Shown in pieces: positions 37,070-45,520 of a stretch of 64,000 bases of DNA (the stretch's first letter is position 1; each line of letters opens with the position of its first letter). The position numbers and the translations under genes were made by a program. The notes beneath the pieces are model-generated. The model worked only from the letters and a program-made list of their open reading frames with translations. It did not search any database and was not told the origin of the DNA. Source of the DNA: an uncultured Alphaproteobacteria bacterium (GTDB lineage: Bacteria > Pseudomonadota > Alphaproteobacteria > ATCC43930 > CGMCC-115725). Where the stretch lies: NCBI GenBank assembly GCA_963712825.1, contig CAVQJP010000022.1, positions 927 to 64,926 of the forward strand, in the 5' to 3' direction.

Positions 37070-38413
37070 TCACGCGACCTCAGCCGGGCGAATCGGTGCG
37101 CCGCCGGCGGCGATGGCGCGACCCTGCATGTCGACAACCTTTGCCGGTTCCTTGCCAGCGCAGAAATCGTCCCATAGCTGGCTCAGCCGCCGGCGGAGGG
37201 CGAGGGCGTCGCCGCGGCGATAGGCTTGGTCGACCTTGTCGCCAAGCCAGTGTCCGACCGCCAGCTTGCGCGTTTCTTCGGGGATCGTCGGATGTTCCTC
37301 GGCCGCCCAGTCGGAGAATGTGCTGCGGTCCGAACCGTGCACTGTGACTTCGAAGTCGCCGGCGAGCTGGCGCATCAGCTTCAACGGCGCTTTGAGCGAG
37401 ACGCCGGGGAATACGGGTGTATCCGCACCGGTATCCGCCGGCCGGCCGGCGGCCAAGATCGCCGCGGCGCGGCCATTGAGCGGGCATCGCCATATATGCC
37501 CCGATTTGTGTTTTCGCGGTCCGACGCCGGGCACCGTCCATAGTCGCGCTTCCAGGTCGATCTCAGGCCATGGCATCGGCGCCTTGCCGTGATTGTTGCC
37601 GATGACCTCGCCTGGCCGTGCGTTGGTCAAGATGCAGAACTCCAAGGCGCGTGCGACGGTGCTGTCAACGGCCCGCAGCTTTACCATAAAACCCGGCATC
37701 TCAGCCCATGGGAGCGCTTTATGATGCTCATCTTGTGTAGGTTCTGCGCGCGCGAGCAGATGTTCTAGGTGGCCTTTCCAGCGCGCCGGGTTCTCGCCGG
37801 TCCTGAGCTTCATGGCGCCGGCGCGGTCGAGCACCTTCTCGACCCGGTTGCGGATCCGCTCGGCCGTCGGGCGCTTGGTTTCCCAAATCGGCTGCAGGAT
37901 GCGCAGCACATCGTCTGTTTCGATCGTATCGACCGGCATCTTGCCGAGCACCGCAAAGGCGTAATCGGCAAGCGACTGGCGCCACTGCGCCTCGCTGCCG
38001 CCGTTCGCCGACCAGCCTGAACGCATGGCGACGATGGTATCTTCGGCGATCGCCTCGAATGTGCGTCCCTTGGCTTTCGCCTTGGTAATCGTCGCACCGA
38101 TGCGGGCCGCCCGCTGGGCCTCCTTCTCGCCGATCGGGTCGACCCGTTCCCGCACCCGCTTGCGCAGCTCCAGCGCTTTATCGCGGGCCTCGGCGAGGCT
38201 GTAATCGTCGACCGAGCCGAGTCCCATATCACGGGTCTTGCCGGTCGCCGGCGACACAAACCGAAAGACCCAGGACCGATGCACGGCCTTTCCGTCCTTC
38301 GCCGGGTGGACATGGATATACAGGCCGCCGCCATCCCCGAGCATGACCGGTTTGCTACCATTTGGTTTAGCGGTCTTAACCGTGATCGCGCTTAGCTGGC
38401 TCCGGACTGCCAT
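37070..38413 (-). CDS. tyrosine-type integrase (P4-like, DUF4102 N-terminal arm-binding domain)
   Basis: Internal Met 'MAVRSQLSAITVKTAKPNGSKPVMLGDGGGLYIHV...RSWVFRF' gives the DUF4102 domain. The C-terminal catalytic region has 'TNARPGEV', 'HGSDRSTFSDW' and 'LGDKVDQAYRRGD'. Confidence 0.9.
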   Translation of the reverse strand: MAVRSQLSAITVKTAKPNGSKPVMLGDGGGLYIHVHPAKDGKAVHRSWVFRFVSPATGKTRDMGLGSVDDYSLAEARDKALELRKRVRERVDPIGEKEAQRAARIGATITKAKAKGRTFEAIAEDTIVAMRSGWSANGGSEAQWRQSLADYAFAVLGKMPVDTIETDDVLRILQPIWETKRPTAERIRNRVEKVLDRAGAMKLRTGENPARWKGHLEHLLARAEPTQDEHHKALPWAEMPGFMVKLRAVDSTVARALEFCILTNARPGEVIGNNHGKAPMPWPEIDLEARLWTVPGVGPRKHKSGHIWRCPLNGRAAAILAAGRPADTGADTPVFPGVSLKAPLKLMRQLAGDFEVTVHGSDRSTFSDWAAEEHPTIPEETRKLAVGHWLGDKVDQAYRRGDALALRRRLSQLWDDFCAGKEPAKVVDMQGRAIAAGGAPIRPAEVA

Positions 38414-38573
38414 CGGCCAATTTCCTCTCCCATTCTCTATCCCATAGAAATATACCGGATACAGCCGACCGTCAACGAGCAATACCGAATAACAAGCGCC
38501 GTCGGCGTGGGCCAAGATTGAAGCGATCTCAACGGCTTGCAAATTTATTTCGCCACGAAATCAAGCGCCAAAT

Positions 38574-38601
38574 AAAAAGGCGGCTCCGGAGGGGGAATCC
38601 G
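38574..38601 (+). repeat. att-type direct repeat, integrase-proximal copy
   Basis: 28/28 identity with 24598-24625. It forms most of an intact terminator hairpin. Confidence 0.75.
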
Positions 38602-38608
38602 GAGCCGC
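38574..38608 (-). terminator. intrinsic terminator (minus strand)
   Basis: The minus strand reads GCGGCTCCGGA-TTCCCCC-TCCGGAGCCGC followed by CTTTTTATTT. Confidence 0.75.
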
Positions 38609-38774
38609 TTGGCCATCGGCCGCTGCTAACGGCCGATTACGAGGTTTGGGGGACAAACCTGTAAGGGTAAACCTTACGCTTACCATATGAGGAGCGGAAT
38701 GGGACTTCGGTTTGAAGAAAGTGTGACCTTTTAGTGAATTTCAGCTTAGTGAGCTTCAGCCGGCCTGGCGCCGT

Positions 38775-40022
38775 TCAATCGAGCGGCCGGCGGTCCTCGA
38801 TCAGCTTGCCGTCTTGAGGTAGGCTCCCGAGCGGCACCGCGCTGACCGCGCCGCGCAGCCGGGTCAGCGCCTGCACGCTCGCGGCGATCTGCGCCGAATC
38901 TTCAGCCGGCTCGCCGAATTCGACGAAGAGCGTCATTTCGTCGGCGCCGGGTCGCTCGACGACGAGGCGGGCGCGGCGGATCGACGGGTGCCGGCGCATG
39001 ATGTCGGCGACCTGCTGGGGGTGGACGAACATGCCGCGGACCTTGGTCGCCTGGTCGGCGCGGCCGAGCCAGCCTTTGATCCGGTGGTTGGTCCGCGCGC
39101 CGTGAGGCGGCCCCGGCAGCATCGCCGAGAGGTCGCCGGTGGCAAAGCGGATCAGCGGGTATTCGGGCGTCGTCGTCGTCACCACGACTTCCCCAACCTC
39201 GCCCGGCTCGGCCGGGTCGCCGGTTCCCGGCCGGACGATCTCGACGATGATGTCTTCGTCGAGGACCATCCCCTCTTCGGGCTCACCGTCGGGTCCCATC
39301 GTTTCATAGGCGATGACGCCGATGTCGGCGGTGCCGTAGCATTGCAGCACGGTCAACCCGCGGCCGCGGATCTCGCGCCGCAGGGCAGGCGGCAGGGCTT
39401 CGGCCGACACCAGCGCTTTTTTCAGCGACGACGCGTCGATCCCGTCGCGCCCCGCCCGGTCGAGCAGGGTTTTGAGAAAGGACGGCGTGCCGACATAGCC
39501 GACCGGTCTGAGGTCGGCGATGACCCGCAGCTGCTGCTCGGTCGGGGCGGTGCCGGCCGGGATGACCGGGCAGCCGAGCGCTTCGGCGGCGCTCTCGACG
39601 AGCGCGCCGGCCGGGGTCAGATGATAGGAAAACGCGTTGTGCACGAGGTCGCCGCGGCGGAACCCGGCGGCATGGAGCGCGCGGGCGAAGCGGCCGTGAT
39701 CCGGGCGGCGTCCTTCGGGCTCGTAGATCGGTCCGGGTGACGCGAACACCCGGCGCAGCGCCGCAACCGGCACGGCGGCAAAGCCGCCAAAGGGCGGGTC
39801 GCGCCGCTGCCGCTCGATAAGCTCGGATTTACGGGTCAGCGGCAGTCGGGCGAGCGCCCGGCGGTCGACCACGTCTGCCGCCTTCACTCCGGCGAAAAGC
39901 TCGCGGTAAGCCGGGCAGTGCTCCCGGGCGGCGGCGACCAGCGCCGGCAGCAGCGCCATCAGCGCCGCTTCGCGTTCGGCCGGATCGCGTGCTTCCCGCT
40001 CGTCGAAGAGGGCGATGTCCAC
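38775..40022 (-). CDS. phenylacetate-CoA ligase-family adenylate-forming enzyme (PaaK/F390 synthetase-like)
   Basis: 415-aa ORF. 'LPLTRKSELIERQRRDPPFGGF', 'FSYHLTPAG', 'GYVGTPSFL', 'YGTADIG' and 'TGDL' follow the PaaK-family layout. Confidence 0.8.
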   Translation of the reverse strand: MDIALFDEREARDPAEREAALMALLPALVAAAREHCPAYRELFAGVKAADVVDRRALARLPLTRKSELIERQRRDPPFGGFAAVPVAALRRVFASPGPIYEPEGRRPDHGRFARALHAAGFRRGDLVHNAFSYHLTPAGALVESAAEALGCPVIPAGTAPTEQQLRVIADLRPVGYVGTPSFLKTLLDRAGRDGIDASSLKKALVSAEALPPALRREIRGRGLTVLQCYGTADIGVIAYETMGPDGEPEEGMVLDEDIIVEIVRPGTGDPAEPGEVGEVVVTTTTPEYPLIRFATGDLSAMLPGPPHGARTNHRIKGWLGRADQATKVRGMFVHPQQVADIMRRHPSIRRARLVVERPGADEMTLFVEFGEPAEDSAQIAASVQALTRLRGAVSAVPLGSLPQDGKLIEDRRPLD

Positions 40023-40270
40023 CCGACGCCTCCGTTCGTCGCCTCGATTCGCTGCCGGCGACCACCCGACCCGCTCGCAGCGGCAACTCTGCCCCGATCA
40101 AACCCGTTCGACAAGCGCCGCCGCACCTCGGCACAGCCGGAACTTCGGGCTTCGCCGGGACCCGCGACGGGTACCCTCCAACTTCTTGGCCTGAGACTTG
40201 CGGTCGAACGAACTGCTACTCTAAAGTCGCAGAGGTTGGGGCCGCTGCCGCGCAAGGAGGAGAAGAGGCG

Positions 40271-41701
40271 GTGAACGCTTCGCGGGAGGACCGCTGCACG
40301 CCGGGTTGGCTGGCGACCATTTTTATTCACTTTTGCGGCGTGCTGTTTGGCGCGAGCCTGTATATCGCCTCGCCCGCTTTGGCCCAGCCGGTTTCCGGCA
40401 GCGAGCAAACCCGCCTCGAAGCGCAGAAGGAAGCATTGTTTCAGCAGATGCTGCGCAACCCCGCCAATCTCGACGCCACCTTTGCCTATGCCGATGTCTC
40501 CGCGCGCCTCGGCGACTACGAGGCAGCGGTGTCAGCGCTCGAGCGCATGCTGCTGTTCAACCCGAATTTGCCGCGGGTCCAGCTCGAGCTTGGCGCGCTG
40601 TACTTTCGCATGGGGTCATACGACCTCGCGCAAGATTATTTTGCAAAGGCTGCGGCCGGCAACCCGCCGCCCGAGGTCCGCGCCCGCATCGCCGAGTACA
40701 TGGCGCAAATCGACAAGGCCACCTCGCGCCATCACCTGTCCGGCTACATCTTTTTCGGCGGCCAATACCAGAGCGACGCCAATGTTGCCCCCGGCTCGCC
40801 GCTGATCCTGTCGCCGATCGGCGCGGTATTGCTCAACAGCCAGTTCGTCAAGCAGCCCTCCGGCAGCATCTTCGGCAGCGGGTCGGTGCTGTACAGCTAT
40901 GACCTCGAAGACCAGCGCCGCGACACGATCGACCTGACCGCGGTCGGCTACGGCAATCATTACTTCAACTCCAGCGTCAGCCGGCTCGACCTCGATCTGT
41001 TGGAGGTGACCGGCGGTCCGCGGTTCAACTTTCCCAACGGCGGCCTGCTCGGCAACGTCCTCGCCTCGGTCAAGCCTTATGCGATTTTCGATGAGGTCGG
41101 CTTGGGCGAGGAGCAGTATTTCAACGCCTACGGCACCGGGCTCGAATATGACGAGACCGTGTGGAACGACATGCTGGTCAAAACCGCGTTCGAGTTTCGC
41201 CAGAAGAACTTTACCGATGCGCCCGACCGGCCGCTGTCGCGTGGCCTCAACGGCAGCGACAAGCTCGTCAGCGTCTCGGCGACCAAGCCCGTTGCGGCAA
41301 ACGCCGCGCTCAATCTTGAGCTCGACTATCTCGACCAGACCACCCGGCTGCCCTATTACACCAATTCGACCTATGCCGTAATCGGCGCTTACCGGGTTCA
41401 TTACGACGCACCGTTAAAGGCGACCCCGTATCCCTGGGAAACGTCGTTTTTTATCGGCCGCGCCTGGAGCATCTACGCGTCGCCGGACCCGTGCTGCAAT
41501 ACCAGCAGCGACCCCGAGACGACCTTTTCAGCGGCCAGCCAATTGACCCAGCGCTGGCGCTTCGGGTTGACCCAGGCGGTTGCGGTGACACCCCGAATGG
41601 CGGTTGTATTGCAATTGGAGCGCGATATCGTCTCATCGAATTTACCAATTTACGCGTACACCAGCAATTCTGTCTTGCTCGGGCCGCAAATTCGCTTTTA
41701 A
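40271..41701 (+). CDS. TPR plus outer-membrane beta-barrel protein, Slam/DUF560-like (type XI secretion candidate)
   Basis: GTG 40271 lies 10 nt after AGGAGGAG. The leader ends 'ASPALAQP'. TPR-like 'LGDYEAAVSALERMLLFNPNLPRVQLELGALYFRMGSYDLAQDYF' is followed by a ~300-aa alternating beta-strand region ending 'GPQIRF' (a terminal aromatic OMP signal). Confidence 0.7.
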   Translation: MNASREDRCTPGWLATIFIHFCGVLFGASLYIASPALAQPVSGSEQTRLEAQKEALFQQMLRNPANLDATFAYADVSARLGDYEAAVSALERMLLFNPNLPRVQLELGALYFRMGSYDLAQDYFAKAAAGNPPPEVRARIAEYMAQIDKATSRHHLSGYIFFGGQYQSDANVAPGSPLILSPIGAVLLNSQFVKQPSGSIFGSGSVLYSYDLEDQRRDTIDLTAVGYGNHYFNSSVSRLDLDLLEVTGGPRFNFPNGGLLGNVLASVKPYAIFDEVGLGEEQYFNAYGTGLEYDETVWNDMLVKTAFEFRQKNFTDAPDRPLSRGLNGSDKLVSVSATKPVAANAALNLELDYLDQTTRLPYYTNSTYAVIGAYRVHYDAPLKATPYPWETSFFIGRAWSIYASPDPCCNTSSDPETTFSAASQLTQRWRFGLTQAVAVTPRMAVVLQLERDIVSSNLPIYAYTSNSVLLGPQIRF

Positions 41702-41731
41702 AGAGAGCCCAAATTCGCTTTTAAGCCGGTA

Positions 41732-44700
41732 ATGGGCCGAAACGAGGTTTTAATGCCACGCACCTTCCGCCTGCGGCATGCCGTCATGCTCGGCTGCTTG
41801 ATCATGGCGGCCGCGCTGACCAGCCCGGCCGGCTTCGCCCAGCAGCGCGTCGGCGTCAACAGCGCGGTCAACCCGGCCGCCATGGGGATTCCGCCGGGCG
41901 GCCTGCCGCGGCGGCTCGTGCTGGGTCAAGACGTTGTCTACAACGAGCGGATCACCACCCAGGCGACGGGCCAGACGCAGGTCCTGTTTGTCGACGAGTT
42001 GACCCTGTCGATCGGTCCCGACGCGAACATGGTGATCGACCAGTTTGTCTACGATCCGAGCGCCGGCACCGGCAAATTGGCGGCGAGCCTGACCCGCGGC
42101 GTGTTCCGCTTTGTCGGCGGCAAGCTCAGCAAGCACGACGGTGCGGTGACGATGCGCACGTTGAGCGCGACGATCGGCATCCGCGGCGGCGTCATGCTGG
42201 TCGACCAGGCCGCCGATGGCCGCCTGGAAGTCATTTTCGTGTTCGGCAAAGCGGTTGTCGTGAGCGGGCTCAACGGCGTGTCGCAGACGATCTTCCGGCC
42301 CGGCTTCGAGGTCACGGTGGCGGGTCCCGGCGCCTCGCCCTCCGACCCGAAGCCGGCGCCGCCGGGACGCACCGCCGCCCTGCTCGCCCAGCTCGACGGA
42401 CGCGCCGGCGGCAATGGCGGCGCCCCGATCGTCCCGACCGAGGTCACCGTCACCGAGAGCGGCATCGCCAGCGTGATTTCGGAGAATATCGTCGCCAGCA
42501 TCCAGGCTGCGGCGAAAACCCAGCCGCTGCAGCCGCAACCCAACACCGTCGCCCCGGTGGTGACGCAGACCGAGCTCAACAATCAAAACGTCTCGGTCTC
42601 AGGCGCGACCGCGACACCCGCCGGCGGTGGCGCGACGGTGCCGTTTAACCAGTTTTTCACCGGCAATTCCAGTCAGGGCAATAATTCCGGCAACAATTTC
42701 GGGAATTCGGGCGGGAACGGCAGCAACCCGTTCGGCGGCGGCAACAGCGGCCAGGCCAACAACGGTCAAGGCAATGGCGGCCAGGCAAATAACGGGAGTG
42801 GCGGCAACAACGGCGGCGGTCAAGGGAACAACGGCGGCGGCGGCCAGGGCAATAACGGCGGCGGCCAGGGCAACAACGGCGGCGGCCAGGGCAACAACGG
42901 CGGCGGCGGCGGCAACGGCGGCAACAACGGCGGCGGCGGGACGGGAACCGGCACGCCGGTCACGATCGCCGGCGTCGCCGGCGCCTATTACAATACCGGA
43001 ACGCAGGGAACCGCCACCGGCTTTGCCGGCATGCTCTCGCCCTATGCCGGCGCCGATGCCGTAAAAGGTGCATTCACCGCGACCGGGGGCTTTGGCAAGG
43101 TCAGCTTTCCGCTGATCTCGGGCGCCGCGACGCTGCCGTCCTCGGGGGCGGGGACGACGAGCCCGCTCGGCCCGGTCACCGGCACGACCTATGTCGCACC
43201 CGACAACAGCTTTTTTTACGCCGACCTGACGCCGGTCAACCAGCCCTCGCAACGCGAGTTCATCTACGGCGGGACCCCGGTCGCCGCGGCCTTCTACCAG
43301 GCGACCGCGAAGAGCCCGAGCTATCTCGCCTTCAACGTCCGGCCCGACGCGGCGCTGCAATCGAGCATTCCGTTTATCCGCCTTCCGACCGGCGGCGCGC
43401 TGGCGGGCAGCGCCAGCGTCTCGCCGCTGATCCTGGCGACCCCGCTCGGCGGCACGTTCTCGACTGGGAGCGGCGGCACCAAGGCATTGCAGGCGAGCCT
43501 GGCGGTGGTCGGTTCGGGGCCAGGCCAAAGCTCGGTCCTGGTCGTCCTGGTGGGCAATGTTTTCGACGCCTCGCTCAACGGCGCGAGCCCGCCGCAGCCG
43601 ATCCTCAACGGCATCATTCACGGCAGCTATCTGGCGAATGCCGCCGGCCAGCCGATCCGCATCTTCGCGCCCTACGTGACCCCGGCCGACACCAACGGCA
43701 ACAGCTTTTACGGCAGCAAGAGCATTTCGGGTCTGGTGCTGAGCAACGGCAATTGCTGCGGCGCCGGCGAGATCAACTCGCCGGCCAGCGAAACCAACGC
43801 CGCCAGTCAAACGGTCGGCACCTACCAATTCGCGCAACCGGCGACGGCGACGGCGGTGCCGCAGAGCGTGTCGGGGGCCGCGCAGACGACGCGGACGCTT
43901 ACCGGATATTTTGGCGGGATCATGAGCAAGGAGCCCAATTCCGGCTCGACCGCGAGCCCGATCCCCTATGTCCTTGCCGGTTCGGCAACGGTCAACACCA
44001 ACGCCGCCAATCTGCAGGCCGAGGCGCGGTTGAGCGGCACCGACCCGTTTGCCGTCACGAGCGGCAGCGGAATCAGCTCGGTCAATCTCGGCTACGGCTC
44101 GCTGACCGGCGGCACCAACGCCCGCATCGCCTATATCAACGATAATCTGTTTGCGCTGATGGAAAACCCGTCGACGCCGTCGACGGTCAACGGCGTCACC
44201 GTTCCGGTCACCGACGGCAACACGGGTTCGAACATATACCTCGCCACGCAAAGCGCGGCGCCGGTGCCGACCACCTTGCTGGCCAACGGCCTGTGCAGCA
44301 CCTGCCAATATCTGCAATGGGGATATTGGGGCGGCGCGCTCGATACGCCGGCGTCCGGCGGCAGCCCGGCGCGGACCGATGTCGCCCACATCAATTTCTG
44401 GGTCGCTGGGACGCCGGTGACCCCGACCGGCACGATCTCCAGCCTGGTCGCCAGCAACTTTACCGGTCGATATTTCGGCAATTTGATTGGCACGGTCTAC
44501 AACAACGGCGCGCAATACCTTGCGTCCGGAGGTCTTCAGGCGATTTATCATTTCGGCAGCCAGACCGGGACGTTCAACGTCTCGAATTACGACGGCCTGA
44601 GCTTCTCGGCGAACGGCGCCGCAAAGCTGTCGGGCGCCAGCTATTCCTTCGGGATCAACAACGTGCGCGGGCTGGCCGGGCACGTCAACGGTGCCTTTTA

Positions 44701-44803
44701 CGGCCCGGCGGCCGCCGAAACCGCGGGCAATTTCGCATTTCAGAAGACCGTCGGCGCGCCCTACTTCACGTCCGGAATCTTCGCCGCCGGCCCCAAGCCC
44801 TAA
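41732..44803 (+). CDS. 1023-aa secreted protein: FecR-like domain, G/N-rich linker, large unassigned region, TbpB-like C-terminal beta-barrel (putative T11SS cargo)
   Basis: Signal peptide 'MLGCLIMAAALTSPAGFAQQ' with no lipobox Cys. FecR-type 'VLFVDELTLSIGPDANMVIDQFVY...GVFRFVGGK...ATIGIRGG'. C-terminal 'WGYWGG...FTGRYFGNLIGTVYNNG...GTFNVSNYDGLSF...GHVNGAFYGPAAAETAGNFAF...GIFAAG'. The start may instead be the second Met at 41753. Confidence 0.75.
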   Translation: MGRNEVLMPRTFRLRHAVMLGCLIMAAALTSPAGFAQQRVGVNSAVNPAAMGIPPGGLPRRLVLGQDVVYNERITTQATGQTQVLFVDELTLSIGPDANMVIDQFVYDPSAGTGKLAASLTRGVFRFVGGKLSKHDGAVTMRTLSATIGIRGGVMLVDQAADGRLEVIFVFGKAVVVSGLNGVSQTIFRPGFEVTVAGPGASPSDPKPAPPGRTAALLAQLDGRAGGNGGAPIVPTEVTVTESGIASVISENIVASIQAAAKTQPLQPQPNTVAPVVTQTELNNQNVSVSGATATPAGGGATVPFNQFFTGNSSQGNNSGNNFGNSGGNGSNPFGGGNSGQANNGQGNGGQANNGSGGNNGGGQGNNGGGGQGNNGGGQGNNGGGQGNNGGGGGNGGNNGGGGTGTGTPVTIAGVAGAYYNTGTQGTATGFAGMLSPYAGADAVKGAFTATGGFGKVSFPLISGAATLPSSGAGTTSPLGPVTGTTYVAPDNSFFYADLTPVNQPSQREFIYGGTPVAAAFYQATAKSPSYLAFNVRPDAALQSSIPFIRLPTGGALAGSASVSPLILATPLGGTFSTGSGGTKALQASLAVVGSGPGQSSVLVVLVGNVFDASLNGASPPQPILNGIIHGSYLANAAGQPIRIFAPYVTPADTNGNSFYGSKSISGLVLSNGNCCGAGEINSPASETNAASQTVGTYQFAQPATATAVPQSVSGAAQTTRTLTGYFGGIMSKEPNSGSTASPIPYVLAGSATVNTNAANLQAEARLSGTDPFAVTSGSGISSVNLGYGSLTGGTNARIAYINDNLFALMENPSTPSTVNGVTVPVTDGNTGSNIYLATQSAAPVPTTLLANGLCSTCQYLQWGYWGGALDTPASGGSPARTDVAHINFWVAGTPVTPTGTISSLVASNFTGRYFGNLIGTVYNNGAQYLASGGLQAIYHFGSQTGTFNVSNYDGLSFSANGAAKLSGASYSFGINNVRGLAGHVNGAFYGPAAAETAGNFAFQKTVGAPYFTSGIFAAGPKP
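42812..42930. repeat. imperfect 21-bp tandem repeats encoding GGGQGNN units
   Basis: 'ggcggcggccagggcaa(c/t)aac' is reiterated ~5 times inside a wider Gly/Asn low-complexity stretch (~42660-42950). Confidence 0.8.
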
Positions 44804-44833
44804 CGGCCGAGCCCAAAGCCGATGCCGCCAATG

Positions 44834-44859
44834 AAAAACCCGCCGGGGTGACCGGCGGG
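44834..44859 (-). terminator. intrinsic terminator between convergent genes
   Basis: CCCGCCGG-ggtga-CCGGCGGG hairpin with a T5 run on the minus strand. It is downstream of the 44909-45286 gene and also 3' of the cargo gene. Confidence 0.65.
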
Positions 44860-44908
44860 TCGAGGTGGTCTGATCGCTTTTTGTTTTATCCGGTAGGCAT
44901 CGCAGCTG

Positions 44909-45286
44909 CTAGCGGCCGGGGTTGGGACCGTCGCCCTTTTGCGAATAGGGTGACGGCGCATCGCCACCCGGCGGCGGCGTATAGGGCTCGTTGTTGGCAG
45001 ACACATTGCGTCCCGGGTTTGGGCCGGCGCCGCTCGAATAGGGATGATAGGCCGGGTTGGAGCTCCAGTCGGCCGGCTTTTGGTATGCCGCCGTGCCTGG
45101 AATGTTGACGTTGCTGCCCGGGTTCGGCGACGCGACCTGGGGTGGCGCATAGGCGGGCGTCTGCACCGCGGCCTTTGGTTGCGCCCCGGCCGGCGGCAAG
45201 TTGGCAACGCTCTGGGCATGGGCCGCCATCGCAGCGCCGGTCAAAAGAGCAAGGCTGAGGAGTGACGATTTGGACAAGCACCGCAT
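44909..45286 (-). CDS. small secreted Pro/Gly/Asn-rich protein (paralog A)
   Basis: Signal peptide 'MRCLSKSSLLSLALLTGAAMAAHA', then 'QSVANLPP...HPYSSGAGPNPG'. It shares these motifs with 45521-45904. Confidence 0.6.
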   Translation of the reverse strand: MRCLSKSSLLSLALLTGAAMAAHAQSVANLPPAGAQPKAAVQTPAYAPPQVASPNPGSNVNIPGTAAYQKPADWSSNPAYHPYSSGAGPNPGRNVSANNEPYTPPPGGDAPSPYSQKGDGPNPGR

Positions 45287-45520
45287 CTGAGGCTCCGGTT
45301 TGATCGCTATCGATACGCAGAGCCTGATTGCCCCCGGAGCCGCCCATTACGCAAATGATTTTTCCGCATTGCGATCATGAATAGGGTTCACGTTCGTGAA
45401 TCGCCGCAATCAGCGGTGAAAACTCTTTGCCGGAATGGTCCTGCGGCCACGTGCCACACCTTTTATCAGCCGAACCGCGGGACCGCCCGCGCCGGGCGGG
45501 CTGTCGCCGGCTCGAACGCG

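Larger units (their letters stand above)
24598..38601. mobile_element. ~14 kb integrated element (prophage remnant plus P4-like int/xis module) bounded by 28-bp direct repeats
   Basis: An identical 28-mer 'aaaaaggcggctccggagggggaatccg' occurs at 24598-24625 and at 38574-38601. A tyrosine integrase lies next to the right copy. The interior holds phage-type genes, an excisionase and a serine recombinase. Confidence 0.75.
38574..38770 (-). ncRNA. candidate small RNA (four stem-loops with C-rich loops) ending in the att-bearing terminator
   Basis: ~48% GC segment with no ORF. On the minus strand it has a single-stranded 'cgctcctcat', then hairpins GTAAGG/CCTTAC, AGGTTTG-TCCCC-CAAACCT and CGGCCG-TTAGCAG-CGGCCG, then the terminator (loop TTCCCCC). 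No family was recognised. Confidence 0.3.

Noticed and set aside
38540-38775. A tmRNA or tRNA gene as the integrase target.
   Set aside because: There is no GGTTCGA T-loop, no acceptor/CCA end and no Ala-Asn-Asp-type tag reading frame on either strand. There is also no room for the acceptor piece of a two-piece alphaproteobacterial ssrA. I kept it only as an unclassified sRNA candidate.
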